Shown here: one piece after another, positions 42,407-55,768 of the stretch | How the letters are laid out: each line of letters opens with the position of its first letter | How positions within the stretch are numbered: position 1 is the first letter of the stretch | Source of the DNA: Flaccisagitta enflata | Taxonomy: Eukaryota | Direction: 5' to 3' | Length of the DNA: 64,000 nucleotides | NCBI GenBank assembly: GCA_965153355.1 | Contig: OZ231126.1 | Location: 17,856,001-17,920,000 of the forward strand | The notes under the pieces: model-generated | What the model was told of the DNA's origin: nothing | Seen by the model: the letters and a program-made list of their open reading frames with translations, nothing else | Databases searched by the model: none | Position numbers and translations under genes: made by a program

Positions 42407-44475
42407 AGTGAAGTTACCAACACGACGGCGATCCGGGCGAGGACCGATAGATTCTTTTTCTACGGGGTTGTCAGATAGAATTAGAACTAAGTAGTGCTTT
42501 CAGCGATACTTACTATGGCAACAAAAGAGAGAACAACCACCATTCATGAAAAGAACCGCCGCTCAAAAAAGATCTTTAAAACACACTCTACTAAGTTCCG
42601 TCGCCTGAAAGCTTCGCTAGTGAACGGAATTTGTTGAGTTAGAATTAGTTTATTTTTTTTTAAGATGAAGACGCTCAGACCAAGGAGCAAATATGCGATG
42701 CTGTTATTAAGATGACATCAAAGGATGGATTCATCATTAATATTCCACATTAGGAGCTTTGCTTTGGAATCTGTGGACTAGTACTGAATAGCTTTCTAAC
42801 AAAAAAAATGTTTCATGTGATTACGGCCAAAGTAATCATGTGATCGCCATACAACTCACCTAGGATTAGTCCAGGGGTTGGATGGTTATTCATGCAAAAT
42901 CTCAGAAAATTTCATACAACACTTTTTTGGCCACGCTAATTTGAAATTTTTGGATAGGTAGGCTGGTTCGGCTGGTTGCAATATCTGAAATTTCTTGAAT
43001 CTTGACATATTAGTAAACAAGGTCAAATAATGTTACCATACAAAAAATCAAGTCAATCCATCAATCCGTTCAAAAGATATGAGCTTTCAAAGTTTGGGTA
43101 AAAAAAGTCACGACGATTTCCGCCACTTAGAGAAAAAAAGTCACAAACATGTTTTGTTCTCAGACTTAGCGTATTTCACGCTTGAGCGCTCATAAAATCA
43201 TGAACTACCTTTCGTCTTTTGATCACTACACCTGAAATATTAGGAGTATTTGAAAAGTAAGAACAACCGAGGAAAGCTTAAACGCTAGGCTATCTAATGA
43301 TGTAAAATTTGATAGTATTATTTTTAAAAATATAGCAACACGGTTACTCCTTCAGACCGGCCACCTTAAAAGTTGAATTGGTAAATCCCTCTAGACAGGC
43401 GAAGACGAGCGAAGGTTTAGATCTAGATATGTCAAAAGATTGTATCGGTTGCAACGGAGATCGGTAAGCGGGGAAGTCAGGGTAATAACTTTTGTTTCAT
43501 TTACCTAACAACCAGGAGGCCGCCCTTAGAAACGTACCCACAATTCTCTCATGCCTTGTCTCAAACTTTGCTTAGAGGAAAGGGCTTTAAAGTATTAACT
43601 ACGTGGGGGGAGGGGGAGCTTAGCCTGAGACGCTCATCTGTCTCATGGTTTTACCAGCGTGTGTCTCCGGGACCCACACTGAGTGTCGGCAATGTTGTTG
43701 CTTTGCCCCAAGAACTAAACAAAACACTCTCGGTCCATCTTTTTAATCGCGCAACTGCATACGCTTCTGTGTCAGTCGTTGGCTCATTTTGGTCTCGTAT
43801 GTACGTGCGACTTTACAATCCGCTTTGTCGGTCCAGCCGTCTGTCTGTACGTCAAATTGTTTAACTACATGCGGCCATTATACTTGCCAAACTTGTCCGG
43901 GTGGTGTCAGAGGAACACGAATTTGTAAAATCATAAAACGGATTAATTTTTCTCGAAAACTAAGTGCATGTAATATTTTGTTGCCAAGATAACTGTGTAT
44001 ATTTTTTTTCTTTTCTTTAAATTTGGCAATTTATCACGATTATTCTGTTACAATCAGAAAAGTTTAGCTTGTTGTGGGGAGGAAAAAATGAATGCAACTT
44101 AACAATGAAATTCGCCGCAGAAATTTTGACGGTTAGAAAACATGGAGGGAAAGAGTCCCGCTTCCGTTATCAACATAAGTCATATGAGTCTGACTGGACC
44201 ATTTACTTCACCTAAATCGGGGAGGGAAAATGTTTTGAGTTATCCATCAAAACATCATAGAGAGCAACGAGAAGAAAGAAAAAGGGGCAACACGAATAAA
44301 GAAACAGGCCAAAACGTTTGGAGAGTTAAGTGTGCTGTTAAACTGGTAACCAAATATGGGGTGGGGAGGAGAAGGAGTCTCCGGGAAGGAAGTAACCAAG
44401 TTTTGAATAAATCATAACAATATGACAAAAGTTAAACACTCGGGCAAATGAACAATATTGACTGTGAGGCTAACC

Positions 44476-44574
<99 letters not shown>

Positions 44575-46399
44575 AAAATAAATATGTTCTTTTAATTCGT
44601 CATCAAATAAGAGACAGAGACATACAGATCAGCGTACATCTATAAACTACCAGGTATGAACGAGAAAAGAAAAAAAAATGAATCACAGGTGAAAAAAGAA
44701 TAGCGGAGCTAACATAACAAATAAATGAAAAAAGCGTTAGTCATTGTTGTTCAGCAATGAGGTTGCGAGCTATTTGTGCAATAATCGGGTTTTGATGGCG
44801 ACAAATGGATGAATCAAATCTAGTAGTAGGGAAGTATGATGAAAATTTTTTTCTCATCAAACTCCCCATTATGGGTATCAATCGATGCAGAATTGTAAGG
44901 GCTTTCATTTGATACCCCACAACACCTGTTATATTTCATTTTGCAAGATATTTCACATGAAAGAGTGATGGCCATAATCTAGATAAATCTGTCACTTGCC
45001 TCATCCTTGATGTCATTCATGTTTTCTGCATAAAAAGGGGTCTTTTTTGTCCTAAACTAATAAAAGAATCATTTTCACACTCACAGAGGCTGTATTTTGT
45101 TATTTTATACTAAAATGATGTCAAAATCAACCACAGGGCAATGGAAATGATGTATGCCAAATAGCATTGAATTTTAAGTATTTGCATAATCAAATTCTAT
45201 CGTTTTTGCAATTAGGCAAATTTAAAAGAAAAATTTGTGCGATGAAATGAAAACATGACTGATGCAGTGTGTTGCAAAGGGGGTGTAGTGAGTGTCATTA
45301 CCCTTTAGCTGGCTATTGTGACATGATTCATCGTTTTGTTTTGAACATGTGATCATAAGTTAGCATTTGCTAGTTGTGTAGCCTAGAAGAATGTCAATAA
45401 CACGTTTAGTCATCATAATCCCACTATCCATTTTGAATAGAGCTTTAGAGGGGGCTTGGGGGGTGCCTAAACTGCCTCTACGTTTGGCACCTCCCTATCT
45501 CTTATTTTATGCAAGTGTGTAGGATAAATGACTTTATTGTCCTGGTGGCATTTGATTTGATTTGAAGGAATATCTTTTTGTCAGTTGCAGGCGTGTATAA
45601 TGTTGAGAATTTCCCCCCCCCCCCCCCGTGGGGGGAATAAAATCAAATGGTTTGGAGATGGGGAAGAAAATCAAAAGCTTAAAAAAAAGAAAAAACAATT
45701 TTTTGAAGATTTACCATTTTTACCAAAAGGTAAAATGTAATTACAACAACACAATTTAGCACTATGAAAACCTAATATAGGTTTTACAAGTAATTCAAAT
45801 CGCGCTTGAAATTATTTTCGGAACGAAATGACGGAAAATTGCGGCTTATTGAGTGTGTGGAAAGGCCCGAAAAATTGATCAAAACTGTAAAATGATCCAA
45901 AATAAAATATGCGTCCGGAAGATCTTTTTATGCTCTTTCAGATGGTGCGCTTTTCAAGACTTTTCGATGTCGGGAAGTATCATTTTTAATTCAATCTTTT
46001 TCTTTTCCGTGTCACGCCTTCCAGTCAAGTCTACCCGTTTTCTTGCACCGCGCACCCGACGGCCCCAAACGAGAGCTTTCTCAAACAATTTTCAGAATTT
46101 TTTTTTTATTTGTCAGAGTTTGTCAGGAATCGATTTTGTAAACCCAAACTAACGGGTATTGTGATCTTTTTCATCCCCATTCTTCAGCCGTATTTTTTGT
46201 TTTCTTTCGACGCAACCAAATCATCTAACACAGTCTAACGGAATTGTCTCGGTTGCAAGTTACAAATTATTATCACTTTAGGACATCGCAGGAGAGAGAG
46301 AGCGAGAGCGAGAGCGAGAGCGAAAGCGAGAGCGAGAGCGAGAGAGAGAGAGACGCATTACAGTGACAAGGAAAATTGCTTCTTAAAAAATAGCTTTAC

Positions 46400-46465
<66 letters not shown>

Positions 46466-46765
46466 ACACGACAGGATATTCGCGATGGTTGGGTAGGGGC
46501 AGTTACGTAAAAATCGCTCAAAATTCAAGGTCGGGTGCACGGCACCCCAGTCGCGGATGGTTAGGCAGGGGCAGTATTGCAAAACCGATCAGAGAACACG
46601 GCAAGGTGTAGAGTCACATATCCGCGACTAAAAATGTTAGGGACGGACAGACCTAATGACACGGCAAAATTTAGGGTTGCGTGTCCGCGACTATGACAGG
46701 AAAGATAGAGAAATTTTTTCAGATAGAACTTATACGAGTTGTAATTTTCATTTTTACAAGTTGTA

Positions 46766-46932
46766 ATTTTTAGTCGCGTGCTACGCAACCCTACACCCCG
46801 CTTTGTCGGTCCGTTGGTCCATCCGTCATACTTCACTTTTTTTTTTGTGGTCTTTGGCCTCACTGCTCATGCCTAAATGGTGAAGTGACCTCAAATACGG
46901 CCCCTGCCCACCCGCACGCGACTGGCCTTGTT
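46766..46932 (+). mobile_element. HINE/DINE-1-like element, family A
   Basis: tttttagtcgcgtgctacgc ... cccacccgcacgcgactggccttgtt; minus-strand fragments at 46455-46693. Confidence 0.75.
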
Positions 46933-47175
46933 ACTAGACCAAAAATAGTTGAGTTTGAAATAAACCTGGAATTTGTATTTGTGGTAATTGATTTACTTTG
47001 AGGAATGTGAAAAACAAGGCCAAGTAGGCCAACGATGCGTCCTCTTTGAATGAAGGTCTTTTATGAATGAATGTTTTTTTTATGAATGAATGTCATTTGT
47101 GAATGAATGAATGATTGAATGAATGAATTACTTGATGAATGTTTCTTTTACTGGGGTAGAACCACTTTTCTGTTG

Positions 47176-47540
47176 AAACAAGGCCAACACCTATAAGTCG
47201 CGTGCGAGACTTACAGACAAAGAATGACTTAGAATGACTTAGAATGACTTTCAATGACTTAGAATGACCTAAAATGACCAAAATTGACTTAAAATGACTA
47301 AAAAACCAAAAAACCAAAAATAACTTAAAATAACTTTAAATGACTTAAAATGACTTAAAATGACTTAGACTGACTCAAAATGACTTAGAATAACAATAAA
47401 TGACTTAGAATTACTTAAAATAACCTAAGAGTTGACGTTATAGTACAAAAAAGTAAAGTGTGACGGACGGACGGACGGACGGACCAACGGACGGACGGAC
47501 CGACGGACGGACGGACCGACAAAGCGGGTTGTAGAGTCGC
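47176..47540 (-). mobile_element. HINE with 10-bp central tandem repeats (AGAATGACTT)n
   Basis: aacaaggccaacacctataagtcgcgtgc end, repeat array 47221-47425, (GGAC)n, gcgggttgtagagtcgc. Confidence 0.78.
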
Positions 47541-48541
47541 ACCCCCACGCGACTGACCTTGTTACTAGACCAAAAATAGTTGAGTTTGAAATAAACTTGG
47601 AATTTGTATTTGTGGTAATTGATTTACTTTGAGGAATGTGAAAAAAAAGTGCACGGGGTTCGCAATATCGGGTGGGCAGGGGCATCCTAAGCCTTACCCC
47701 ACCCTCACTTCCAAGCCTCCTGCTATGCGCACACACACACAAAAAAAACACACAAATACCAATAGATTTAGGAACGCCTACGATAGATGGAGGAACTCTG
47801 AACCCCTGACAGCGGACAATGAAGTGAAAGTCGAGAAGACGGAAACACGTGACTTGACGACATAACAACATCTCCGCCATGTCGGCATAAGACGGAAAGC
47901 AATTGATGGCAACACCTAGTGTTTCACCCTATTTTTTAAACTATAGTTGAATAATAGTAATGCTAAAAATACTTTCATAAAATAAATTATCTCCAGAAAT
48001 ATTCTGTGTGTATGTCTTTGTTATATGCTGACCTCAAAAGAACCTTGAAATTGGCAATTCACAAAAGAATAGCAAAGAAAATAAGGGTTCTTAGTGAAAT
48101 TTTGCTTACATTTCTTTTCTTTTTACTGCTGTTAAAATTATAATACTCTCAAATGCAGAGAAATTTTGCATTTTCAAAAACATAGCCCCCTCTATAATCA
48201 ATTTTGGAAGGGGGCTCCTATCTTCATTTTTGTGTTTTTTTGTTTTCTATGCAAAGTTATAATTTTAACAAGCCTCCTATCAGTGAACAAAAAATGAAAT
48301 TTGAATATTTTCTAGTGAATACATTTAGTTATTGATAGCTCTACTTGCTGTTTTCTCCTTTTTGAATGCAAATTTTGTAAAAAAGTATCCATTTAGATTT
48401 ACTCCAATGATTTTTTTCATGTTATTCTTTGTTTTTATTCTCACAGAATTTTCTATTTTAACCCCTGTTGACACACTAAATCTTGCCGTCGGATGCTCGC
48501 TGTCATAAGCCAACCTACAAGATCTTATCGCTAAACCGCAC

Positions 48542-48618
<77 letters not shown>

Positions 48619-50359
48619 ACAACTGCATCATCATAAAAGCGCATATTTTACGTTTTGAACTCGTGCGTAACGGACTAACGGACTAATGGACCAACCGACC
48701 GACCGACCGACCAACAGACCAATGGACCAACGGATGGACAAAGCCTTTTATAGAGTTGCATGTCCGCAACTAAAGAGAGGGGGTGTCTGTTGGCATTTAC
48801 TAGTCAAAATTTTAAGGGTACAGCGGTTCATTGACATTGGTGGTAGACAGTTGCAGTTGACCAAATTTTGGAAGTGTTGGCAAGCTGTTGCAGCATCCAT
48901 GGGCCCCCGCTGACACGGGATGCTGTGCCGATGACCAGGTAGTTCATACAGGATGTTTGGTTAAAGATATCTATCAATTTTGATGGTCCTTGGATGTCAT
49001 AAAATCAAGCTCTGGTTGTTGCTATCTTATGACACGTTGATATGATCCTAGGTGGCATCTGAAGACGTGTCAATATAGCAATTTTGCATACTCATCTCAT
49101 GAATATCTTCAAAACAAGACCAATCCCAGGTCTGTAGCTCAATTCGTTTAGAAGTTATAGCGAAAACAAAACAACCTGTCAAAACGGCAGAGACTAGGGC
49201 AAGACCATCTGCATTCATTTTAGTATATCTGTTCAACAAATTGAGCTAGCAGCCTCCGGTTGGGCTTGAATTGAAGCATTTTTACATGGCTTTGAGCCAA
49301 ACAAAAAAAAATGACCATATAATCTGATCCAAGGTGGCTCAAAATAAAAAATAAGATGAAAAAGAGACTGCAAAAACTGCTCGGAATACTGCACCTAGTT
49401 TTCATTCATGCTAAACAGTTAGAAATTGATTTTTTTGCCAAAAAATGTCTAAAACCTTTGTTTTTACACCCTTCAGCAGCTATATGATGGGAAAACAAGG
49501 ACGCCCGAGAGTTTTTAAGATCCTGAAAATAACACTTTCCATACCTACCTAATATTTAGTGTTTAATAGCTTTGAGATTTTGTAACGCTACGCAACGCGG
49601 GGAAGAAAATCAAATGCAGGGGGGGGGGTATAAAATCAAATGCCACTTGATTTTATACACACCCCTGGTCAGTTGCTATGCAATATTAGGTCAATTGATT
49701 TGTTTGTTGGTTGGTTGGTTTGTTAATAAGTTGGTCACTCCATCAAGAGGCTGCTACAGCTTTTGGGCCCTCCACACTTCATATATGTGTATTCTTCGTG
49801 TCTGTACCTTGAACGTCTGAGATAATATTGAGAATTCCTAAAATAAGCCTTGGACAACACTAGGACAAGTATAGGACAACTAGAGGTCAACCCTAGGACA
49901 TTTTAGGTTAAGATTGAGATTTCAGTGTGACAGGTATAGGACAACCTGCACACAGCTTTAATACAAACCTATACAAATCTATAACAATTCTTGGACATCA
50001 AAATACAAATTTATTATCTAAATAGGCCAACTTTGTGGAACTACAGAGTTATTCAGGATTAATTGAAAATTTTTCTGAAGATAGCTTTGCAATCAGCATT
50101 GTCATATTGTTCAATCCCCAAGAGTACAGCCGAGTACAGGCACTTTTGTTCGCGTAATTAAAGTTTCTATCATGGTATTCTTAATCCCGAATTAATGAAG
50201 ATTTTCAATGCAACAAAAAAAGGTCAATCTTGTTATTTTGGGTCTTATGATGCTGAACCAACTTAGTATAATCACTATTTAAGCATTTATAGCAATAAGA
50301 TTCAAAAATATAAGCACATTAAGAATTTCAGTCAACTTTTTTCCATAATGCTTCATCCC

Positions 50360-53137
50360 TTAAACAGCTGAGCAAACGTTCCTAAATCTAGTTTTTGCTC
50401 GCTGAAAGATTTCAATTAAAGATTTGTAACCAAAAGAAGTCCTTAAGACTCTTACACTCTCCCATCTGTTATAGCCGAAGATAAGACGTAGCGCATCATT
50501 AACTGCAGTGCAGCAGTCTTGCATCTGTCGCGAAGGGAACTCTTTCACTTCACTTGCATAAGAGAGAATGGGAGTACAGCAGGTAAACAGCAAGTGTATC
50601 AAAATCTCTTCACTCGGTTGCCTCACTGCTCTCAAGATCGAATTCGACGCACGATAGAACTTTGACAAGTCGTTTGCAGAGGAGAAGGCAAAGCCTTTGT
50701 TGTTTACAATGGTAGTGCCGAGATAAATTATGCATTGCACATATTCAACTTTGTTGCCATTAAGCAGAATTGGTGCGAGCTTTGTGTGATCAACATTGGA
50801 CTTGGAAAAGACGACAATCTTAGATTTGATGGCATTGAAGGTTAGTCCGTGCTCTTTGCAATAACTTGCACATAATTGGATCAGTCTGTTAAGAGCATAT
50901 CTTGTGGGTGCAAGAAGACACAGGTCATCCGCGAACAAAATCATTGCAAGAAATAATTTGTACATGTAACATCCGACATTTGTTTTACGAAGTATCGCAC
51001 ATAGGTCATCAATGTAACACCCAAAATAGTCTGGCGAGTAGATGCCGCCTTGTTTGATTCCAAGCGCATTTGCCCATTTGACGTTGCAACTCATATTGAG
51101 ATACCAATAAATTAAGCACATCAGAATGCAGAGTGGAATGCCTCTAGCAATTAGTTTGGAGAACAGACCAAAGTGGGAAATTCGGTCGAAGGCTTTGGTA
51201 CAATCCAAAAATGCTACATACACATCAGAGCCTCTTTCATTAAAATGATTGACTGTGGTTTTCAAGGAGAACAAAGCGTGATTTGTGCTTGTTTTTCGCT
51301 TGAATCCAAACTGGAGATTGTCGGTTTCGAGTAGATGCGAGGTTTTTTTCTGAATTGCAAACTCAAAGAGCTTGGCTGGGAGACAACTTAAGGTTATGCC
51401 TCGATAGTTGGCCGGATCAGACAGATCGCCTTGCGAATTTTTGACGATTGGTGTAATTGTACCTTTTAGAAAGTCCGTTGGAACATACCCGTGTTGAATG
51501 AGTCCATTAAAAAGTAAGTGGAAATGACAAATAAGAGTGGGACTTCCATACAAAACATGTTCTGGCTTGCAAGTACCCGATGCGGATTTGCCAAGTTGGA
51601 TTTTGGCGACTATGTCCACCATGTCAGACCATGATAGAAGGTATGGCATTATATTGTCATTTATGTGACGAGAGAAGTAATGATTGTACTGCTCCTCAAA
51701 CTTGGTTTTTAAAGAGATGTGTTCATTTGTATCATGATTGCTATAGACTGATTCAAAGTAGTCAGCAAACGTGTCTGCAATGCCTTTGGGGTCGGTGACA
51801 CCGTTGATACGCGTAGCAGCACTGTCACCTGAATTATTCACATTTTTCCACGCTTTCCAAAAGGATTTACCATCTTTATTCAATAGGTCGTTGTACATGG
51901 CATCGCTAAATTCCTTTTGAGCAACTTTTTTCTTTTTGCGTAATTCTGATTTATAACGGTAGTGACATTTTTTTCTACATTCAAATTCCGGCCCTGACCT
52001 TGGGCAGCCGATACTCTTCCAATGGTTATTACAATCTATTGAATTGGATTTTAGTTCAGCTAGACTTTCATCCCAGAACGAACGTTCATAATTTGGATCG
52101 GTTTTAGGAAGTATTGATTCTGCCTTAACAACCGCATTCATTATATCGCAATAATATCTTTCAAGTGCAACTTTGTGAGAATCGTCAGTGCAACACTGAT
52201 TACCATGAAGTATTGAGTGGTATGGAATATTGATAGATGCCAAGTTCTTTTCCATTTCTGTTTGAAAAAACGATGTATCAGTATCACTTAGTTTTTTCCA
52301 ATTGACATACAGTGGTTGCCTTGTTTTTTTATGAATGAATTCTGAGACTGTAACATCGATGTCTAACTCTACAGGACAGTGGTCAGATAGATTGTTACCA
52401 CTCATTGATATTCGAACGTTACTGATGATGTCTTCCAGTTCATTACTTATGAGTATGCCATCAATCAATGTGTAAGAACTCGTTTTGACGTCGTATCGTG
52501 TGAATGACGATTTGTAATCAAAATTACTAATTTTATCGTAGCAAGTGAACAGATTGTGTCTGGCCATCAGATCCCTGATCAGACGAGAGTATGGATTTCT
52601 GGCATCGCTGATGTTGCAGTTGAAGTCAGCGAGTATCATTATCTTACATTCTCGGTTTTGATCAATAACATTGTCAATGAACCCTATGACGTCACGATAG
52701 AGAGCAAGATAAGATTCCATGTCACGCGTATTGAAATATGGAAAGTAAGCATTAATCATCAACAAATGGAAAGAATCTGTCTTTAGTCGCATCACTGTGA
52801 CTCTTTCATGAGAATAATTAAGGAGAGGCTCAATACATTTTGAAAAATTTTTGTTATACAGAAATCCTGTTCCTCCATAGGGTCTCCCTTTTAATATCTG
52901 AGTTTCACATGATTTCTTCATCGCCGACGTACCAAAGCCGTCAAAATCAGAATGAAGACTTCTCAATTGATTAACCCCAATTTGTTTTTTATAGGGTGGT
53001 TTAAGCCAGTGTTCTTGTATGGCTCGTATGGAATATGGAGATTCATCACATTGTAAACGCAAGAAATCTTTGTTACGCGTAAAGCCATTGACATTTTGTG
53101 TACTTATGGTAATCTTCATTTGTTTAGACTGATCCAT
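50360..53137 (-). CDS. LINE ORF2: APE endonuclease and reverse transcriptase (925 aa; small in-frame deletion before GIKQGG)
   Basis: TQNVNG, IQEHWL, GRPYGG, LADFN, LIDGIL, NLSDH; NYRGITL, QFGF, FLDCTKAFD, GIKQGG, FADD, YLG. Confidence 0.93.
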   Translation of the reverse strand: MDQSKQMKITISTQNVNGFTRNKDFLRLQCDESPYSIRAIQEHWLKPPYKKQIGVNQLRSLHSDFDGFGTSAMKKSCETQILKGRPYGGTGFLYNKNFSKCIEPLLNYSHERVTVMRLKTDSFHLLMINAYFPYFNTRDMESYLALYRDVIGFIDNVIDQNRECKIMILADFNCNISDARNPYSRLIRDLMARHNLFTCYDKISNFDYKSSFTRYDVKTSSYTLIDGILISNELEDIISNVRISMSGNNLSDHCPVELDIDVTVSEFIHKKTRQPLYVNWKKLSDTDTSFFQTEMEKNLASINIPYHSILHGNQCCTDDSHKVALERYYCDIMNAVVKAESILPKTDPNYERSFWDESLAELKSNSIDCNNHWKSIGCPRSGPEFECRKKCHYRYKSELRKKKKVAQKEFSDAMYNDLLNKDGKSFWKAWKNVNNSGDSAATRINGVTDPKGIADTFADYFESVYSNHDTNEHISLKTKFEEQYNHYFSRHINDNIMPYLLSWSDMVDIVAKIQLGKSASGTCKPEHVLYGSPTLICHFHLLFNGLIQHGYVPTDFLKGTITPIVKNSQGDLSDPANYRGITLSCLPAKLFEFAIQKKTSHLLETDNLQFGFKRKTSTNHALFSLKTTVNHFNERGSDVYVAFLDCTKAFDRISHFGLFSKLIARGIPLCILMCLIYWYLNMSCNVKWANALGIKQGGIYSPDYFGCYIDDLCAILRKTNVGCYMYKLFLAMILFADDLCLLAPTRYALNRLIQLCASYCKEHGLTFNAIKSKIVVFSKSNVDHTKLAPILLNGNKVEYVQCIIYLGTTIVNNKGFAFSSANDLSKFYRASNSILRAVRQPSEEILIHLLFTCCTPILSYASEVKEFPSRQMQDCCTAVNDALRLIFGYNRWESVRVLRTSFGYKSLIEIFQRAKTRFRNVCSAV

Positions 53138-53658
53138 TTTCGTTGTTTAGGGATATGGTCACACCATCATTATTCTTTTTCTGGTAGAAATATCTGATCA
53201 CGACACCCTCAGGTATTTCAAAATCGTCACTTTTAACACGTTCCATGTCTTTCTTACGAATACACATCTTGAAACTCTTAAATTTGTTGTGTTGTGTGTG
53301 TAGTTGCTCCAGACTGACAACATTAACTTGTTGGTCTTCGAAATTGAATTTTACTTGTTCAGCGGTAGTGTCGACACTAAAGTAGCCGAGATAGAGGTCC
53401 GTGGTCAGATCAGCCCCACGCCATGACCTTAAACCCGCGGAGACTTTTTTCCCGATTACAATATTCTGCGATCGGCGATTTGGCCGAGATGTAGAATGAC
53501 CGCGGCCTGTTGATTGCGAATCCGAGCGATTGTTTTTTCGGTGATGAATTTGGTTGTTTTTGCGACCATCCCAGTCACCACGATTATTCTGTCTTTGACC
53601 AGCTCGATTAGCTGAAGAGTCGAATGATGAGCCGACTGAGGAGCGAACACCGGTAATC

Positions 53659-53729
<71 letters not shown>

Positions 53730-54355
53730 GAAATTGATGTTGTTGGAGACGGACAACGCCGCCTCTGTTCCCGCCGTCGCCGTTCGCTGTGCCGGAGTAG
53801 ACTCTTCTATTGTTGTCGCCGTTGCAATAAGAGACGACGCAGTAGACGCCGGTATAAGCAACGGATTTGAGGGCGATAACAACCATGGTAAAAGACTGGA
53901 CTGTTTTGACGCAATTGGCCGAGTAGTTGGCGCCAACGATGCTGTCATGATTGGCGCTGAAGAGGCCACGATAGTCGCATATTGAGCAAAGTGCCATGTA
54001 GTTGCGAGTTGGAAATGGAGCCATCATTGGCCTGAGGAAAGTTATTGTATTCGATAGCAACGCAAACAGGTTGCCATTCTCCACTGGCATCTCGAGCCTT
54101 CATTTCGGTAAGAATGTCATTAAGATCTTTGACTTTTTTATCACCTGTGCGACTTTTTTTGGGTGCTTTATCTATCGCCGAGAAGAAAACTTCTTTTTGT
54201 TGCCACACATAATCTTCGTCGTGGTAAAACTTATCGCAGTTTTGCACAATTTCGTCGTGTGGGATAGATTGCAGCTTATTTTGCATGTAAAATAACATGT
54301 CCGATATGAGAATTTTGTCAATTTCTTTAATGTACTTGTGTTTTGGTAAAGCCAT
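53124..54355 (-). pseudogene. LINE ORF1, frameshifted near 53950-53970, with an (AAC)n poly-Asn tract and an RRM-like C-terminal domain
   Basis: MALPK...MQNKLQSIPHDEIVQNCDKFY...DLNDIL...CVA..NFP is typical of CR1/L2-group ORF1; C-terminus DLYLGYFSVDTT...FKSFKMCI...PEGVVIRYF. Confidence 0.8.
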
Positions 54356-54749
54356 GGTCGAGAAACTCCGGTAACCGGCCCATGGGCCTAGAGATGCTAT
54401 GAATTTCGGTGACCACCGCTGATAATCCGTCGTTGATCGAGGGAGAAGAAAAGTCGCCAAAAATATCAGAAAAATAATCCGTGGAGAGGAGATGTCTTAC
54501 TCTGTCTGTCTGTCCGTCTTTCTTCCTTCATCCATCTAAAAGTACAGCTAGGTCACTTTCGTCCTCCGAGACAAGATGACTTTCATTAGCATGAAAACAA
54601 CATAAGTTTATTTATTTACACATGAAATATAGATAGAAAAATTTGCGGATTTATTGAATGACAGACAGATCTAGGCTAAGAGACAGAGAGCATGATATAA
54701 GAGGCCTTTATTTGACGAAGTCCTAAACGCATGTTCACATGAATTCAGT

Positions 54750-54872
54750 TAGTGACGGAGGAAAACCGCCCGCCCGATGGACATATGGAGGAAGATATGG
54801 AGGTGGTGGGACTGGATCATGTGCCAGGAGAAGACGACGTGTGCAGGATCGCGCGGGAAAGATGGTGGATGA
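54750..54872 (+). mobile_element. Possible degraded RTE-type LINE 3' remnant
   Basis: Translates as RPP..MEEDMEVVGL...RERWW, resembling an RTE ORF C-terminus; short and degenerate. Confidence 0.3.
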
Positions 54873-55196
54873 ATAGAATGGGAACATTTCAGGAGGAAAA
54901 CAAGAAAAGATGAAGAGGGACATACCATGTGTTTTTTTAAAGAAACACATTTGAGAGGGTAACCCATGCATATAGAGGGGAAGGTTTTTTCTTTTAAGAA
55001 AAAAAAAGCGTTTAGATTGATTGTGTACGGGAAAAACCTGGACATAGTCATTTCATCTCGTAATTTTCAAAAAAAATTGGCATCTGGAAGTCTCAAAAAG
55101 GTGAAATCTAAAAAGTTTTTGGGATATGAGGGGCTGTGACGCACAATTTGAAATGATTTCTCAATGCTTAAAAAAATGTTCATATCTTTACTCAGG

Positions 55197-55768
55197 TTTT
55201 TAGATGCGTCCTCGCATCTCTATAAGAGAGTATGTCCGTCGGTCCGTCGGTCCGTCGGTCCGTCGGTCCGTCCGTTACGCCTCCTTGAAAATCGCAATTT
55301 TCGGCAATTTAAAGCCGGGAGGATGTCACGCATCAAGTCAAACAGTCGTTAGGATGTTTTGAGAGCCTCGTATGATACTGTCTTTTCATCTATCTGTCCA
55401 TCCATGTCGAGCGCCAAAGTCAATACACGCAGAGATACAGTCTGGACGCATCGTTGCCTGATCGGGCTTGTTCCCTGACGAAGGCCATTTGGTCGAAATA
55501 TATCGGGAGAATTATTCATGTAATAAAATGTCCCTCAAAGTCGCTTTCGAATTTTCCCGAAAACAAGGCCGGATACAAGGCTACCGAAGTCGCGTGCGAT
55601 GGGCGGGGCAGTGATAAAACATGCTAACTTAAGCATTTGGGCAGGAGCAGTAATGCAAAAGACGTCCGATAACCCCAAAAATGCTAAAAAAGCAAACGGT
55701 GACCGACCATCCAACCGACCAACCGACCGACATAGCGGGTTGTAGAGTCGCGAGCACGCGACTAAAAA
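55197..55768. mobile_element. Two HINEs tail-to-tail (55197-55472 + with GATGCGTCC subTIR variant; 55559-55768 -)
   Basis: T-run, subTIR, (GTCC/GGTC)n, 3' subTIR, hairpin and TTGTT in each. Confidence 0.78.

Larger units (their letters stand above)
45588..49667. mobile_element. Composite non-autonomous hAT-type element (4.08 kb)
   Basis: Perfect 8-bp TSD GTCAGTTG (45580-45587, 49668-49675); CAGG(C/G)GTGT termini; subterminal GGGGAAGAAAATCAAA motifs at both ends. Confidence 0.85.
50360..54500 (-). mobile_element. Near full-length L2/CR1-group (Daphne/Crack-like) LINE, apparently 3'-truncated
   Basis: 5' UTR, ORF1 and an overlapping ORF2 (APE + RT). The C-terminus is shorter than in the related copy at 1571 and no tail is seen. 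Confidence 0.9.
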
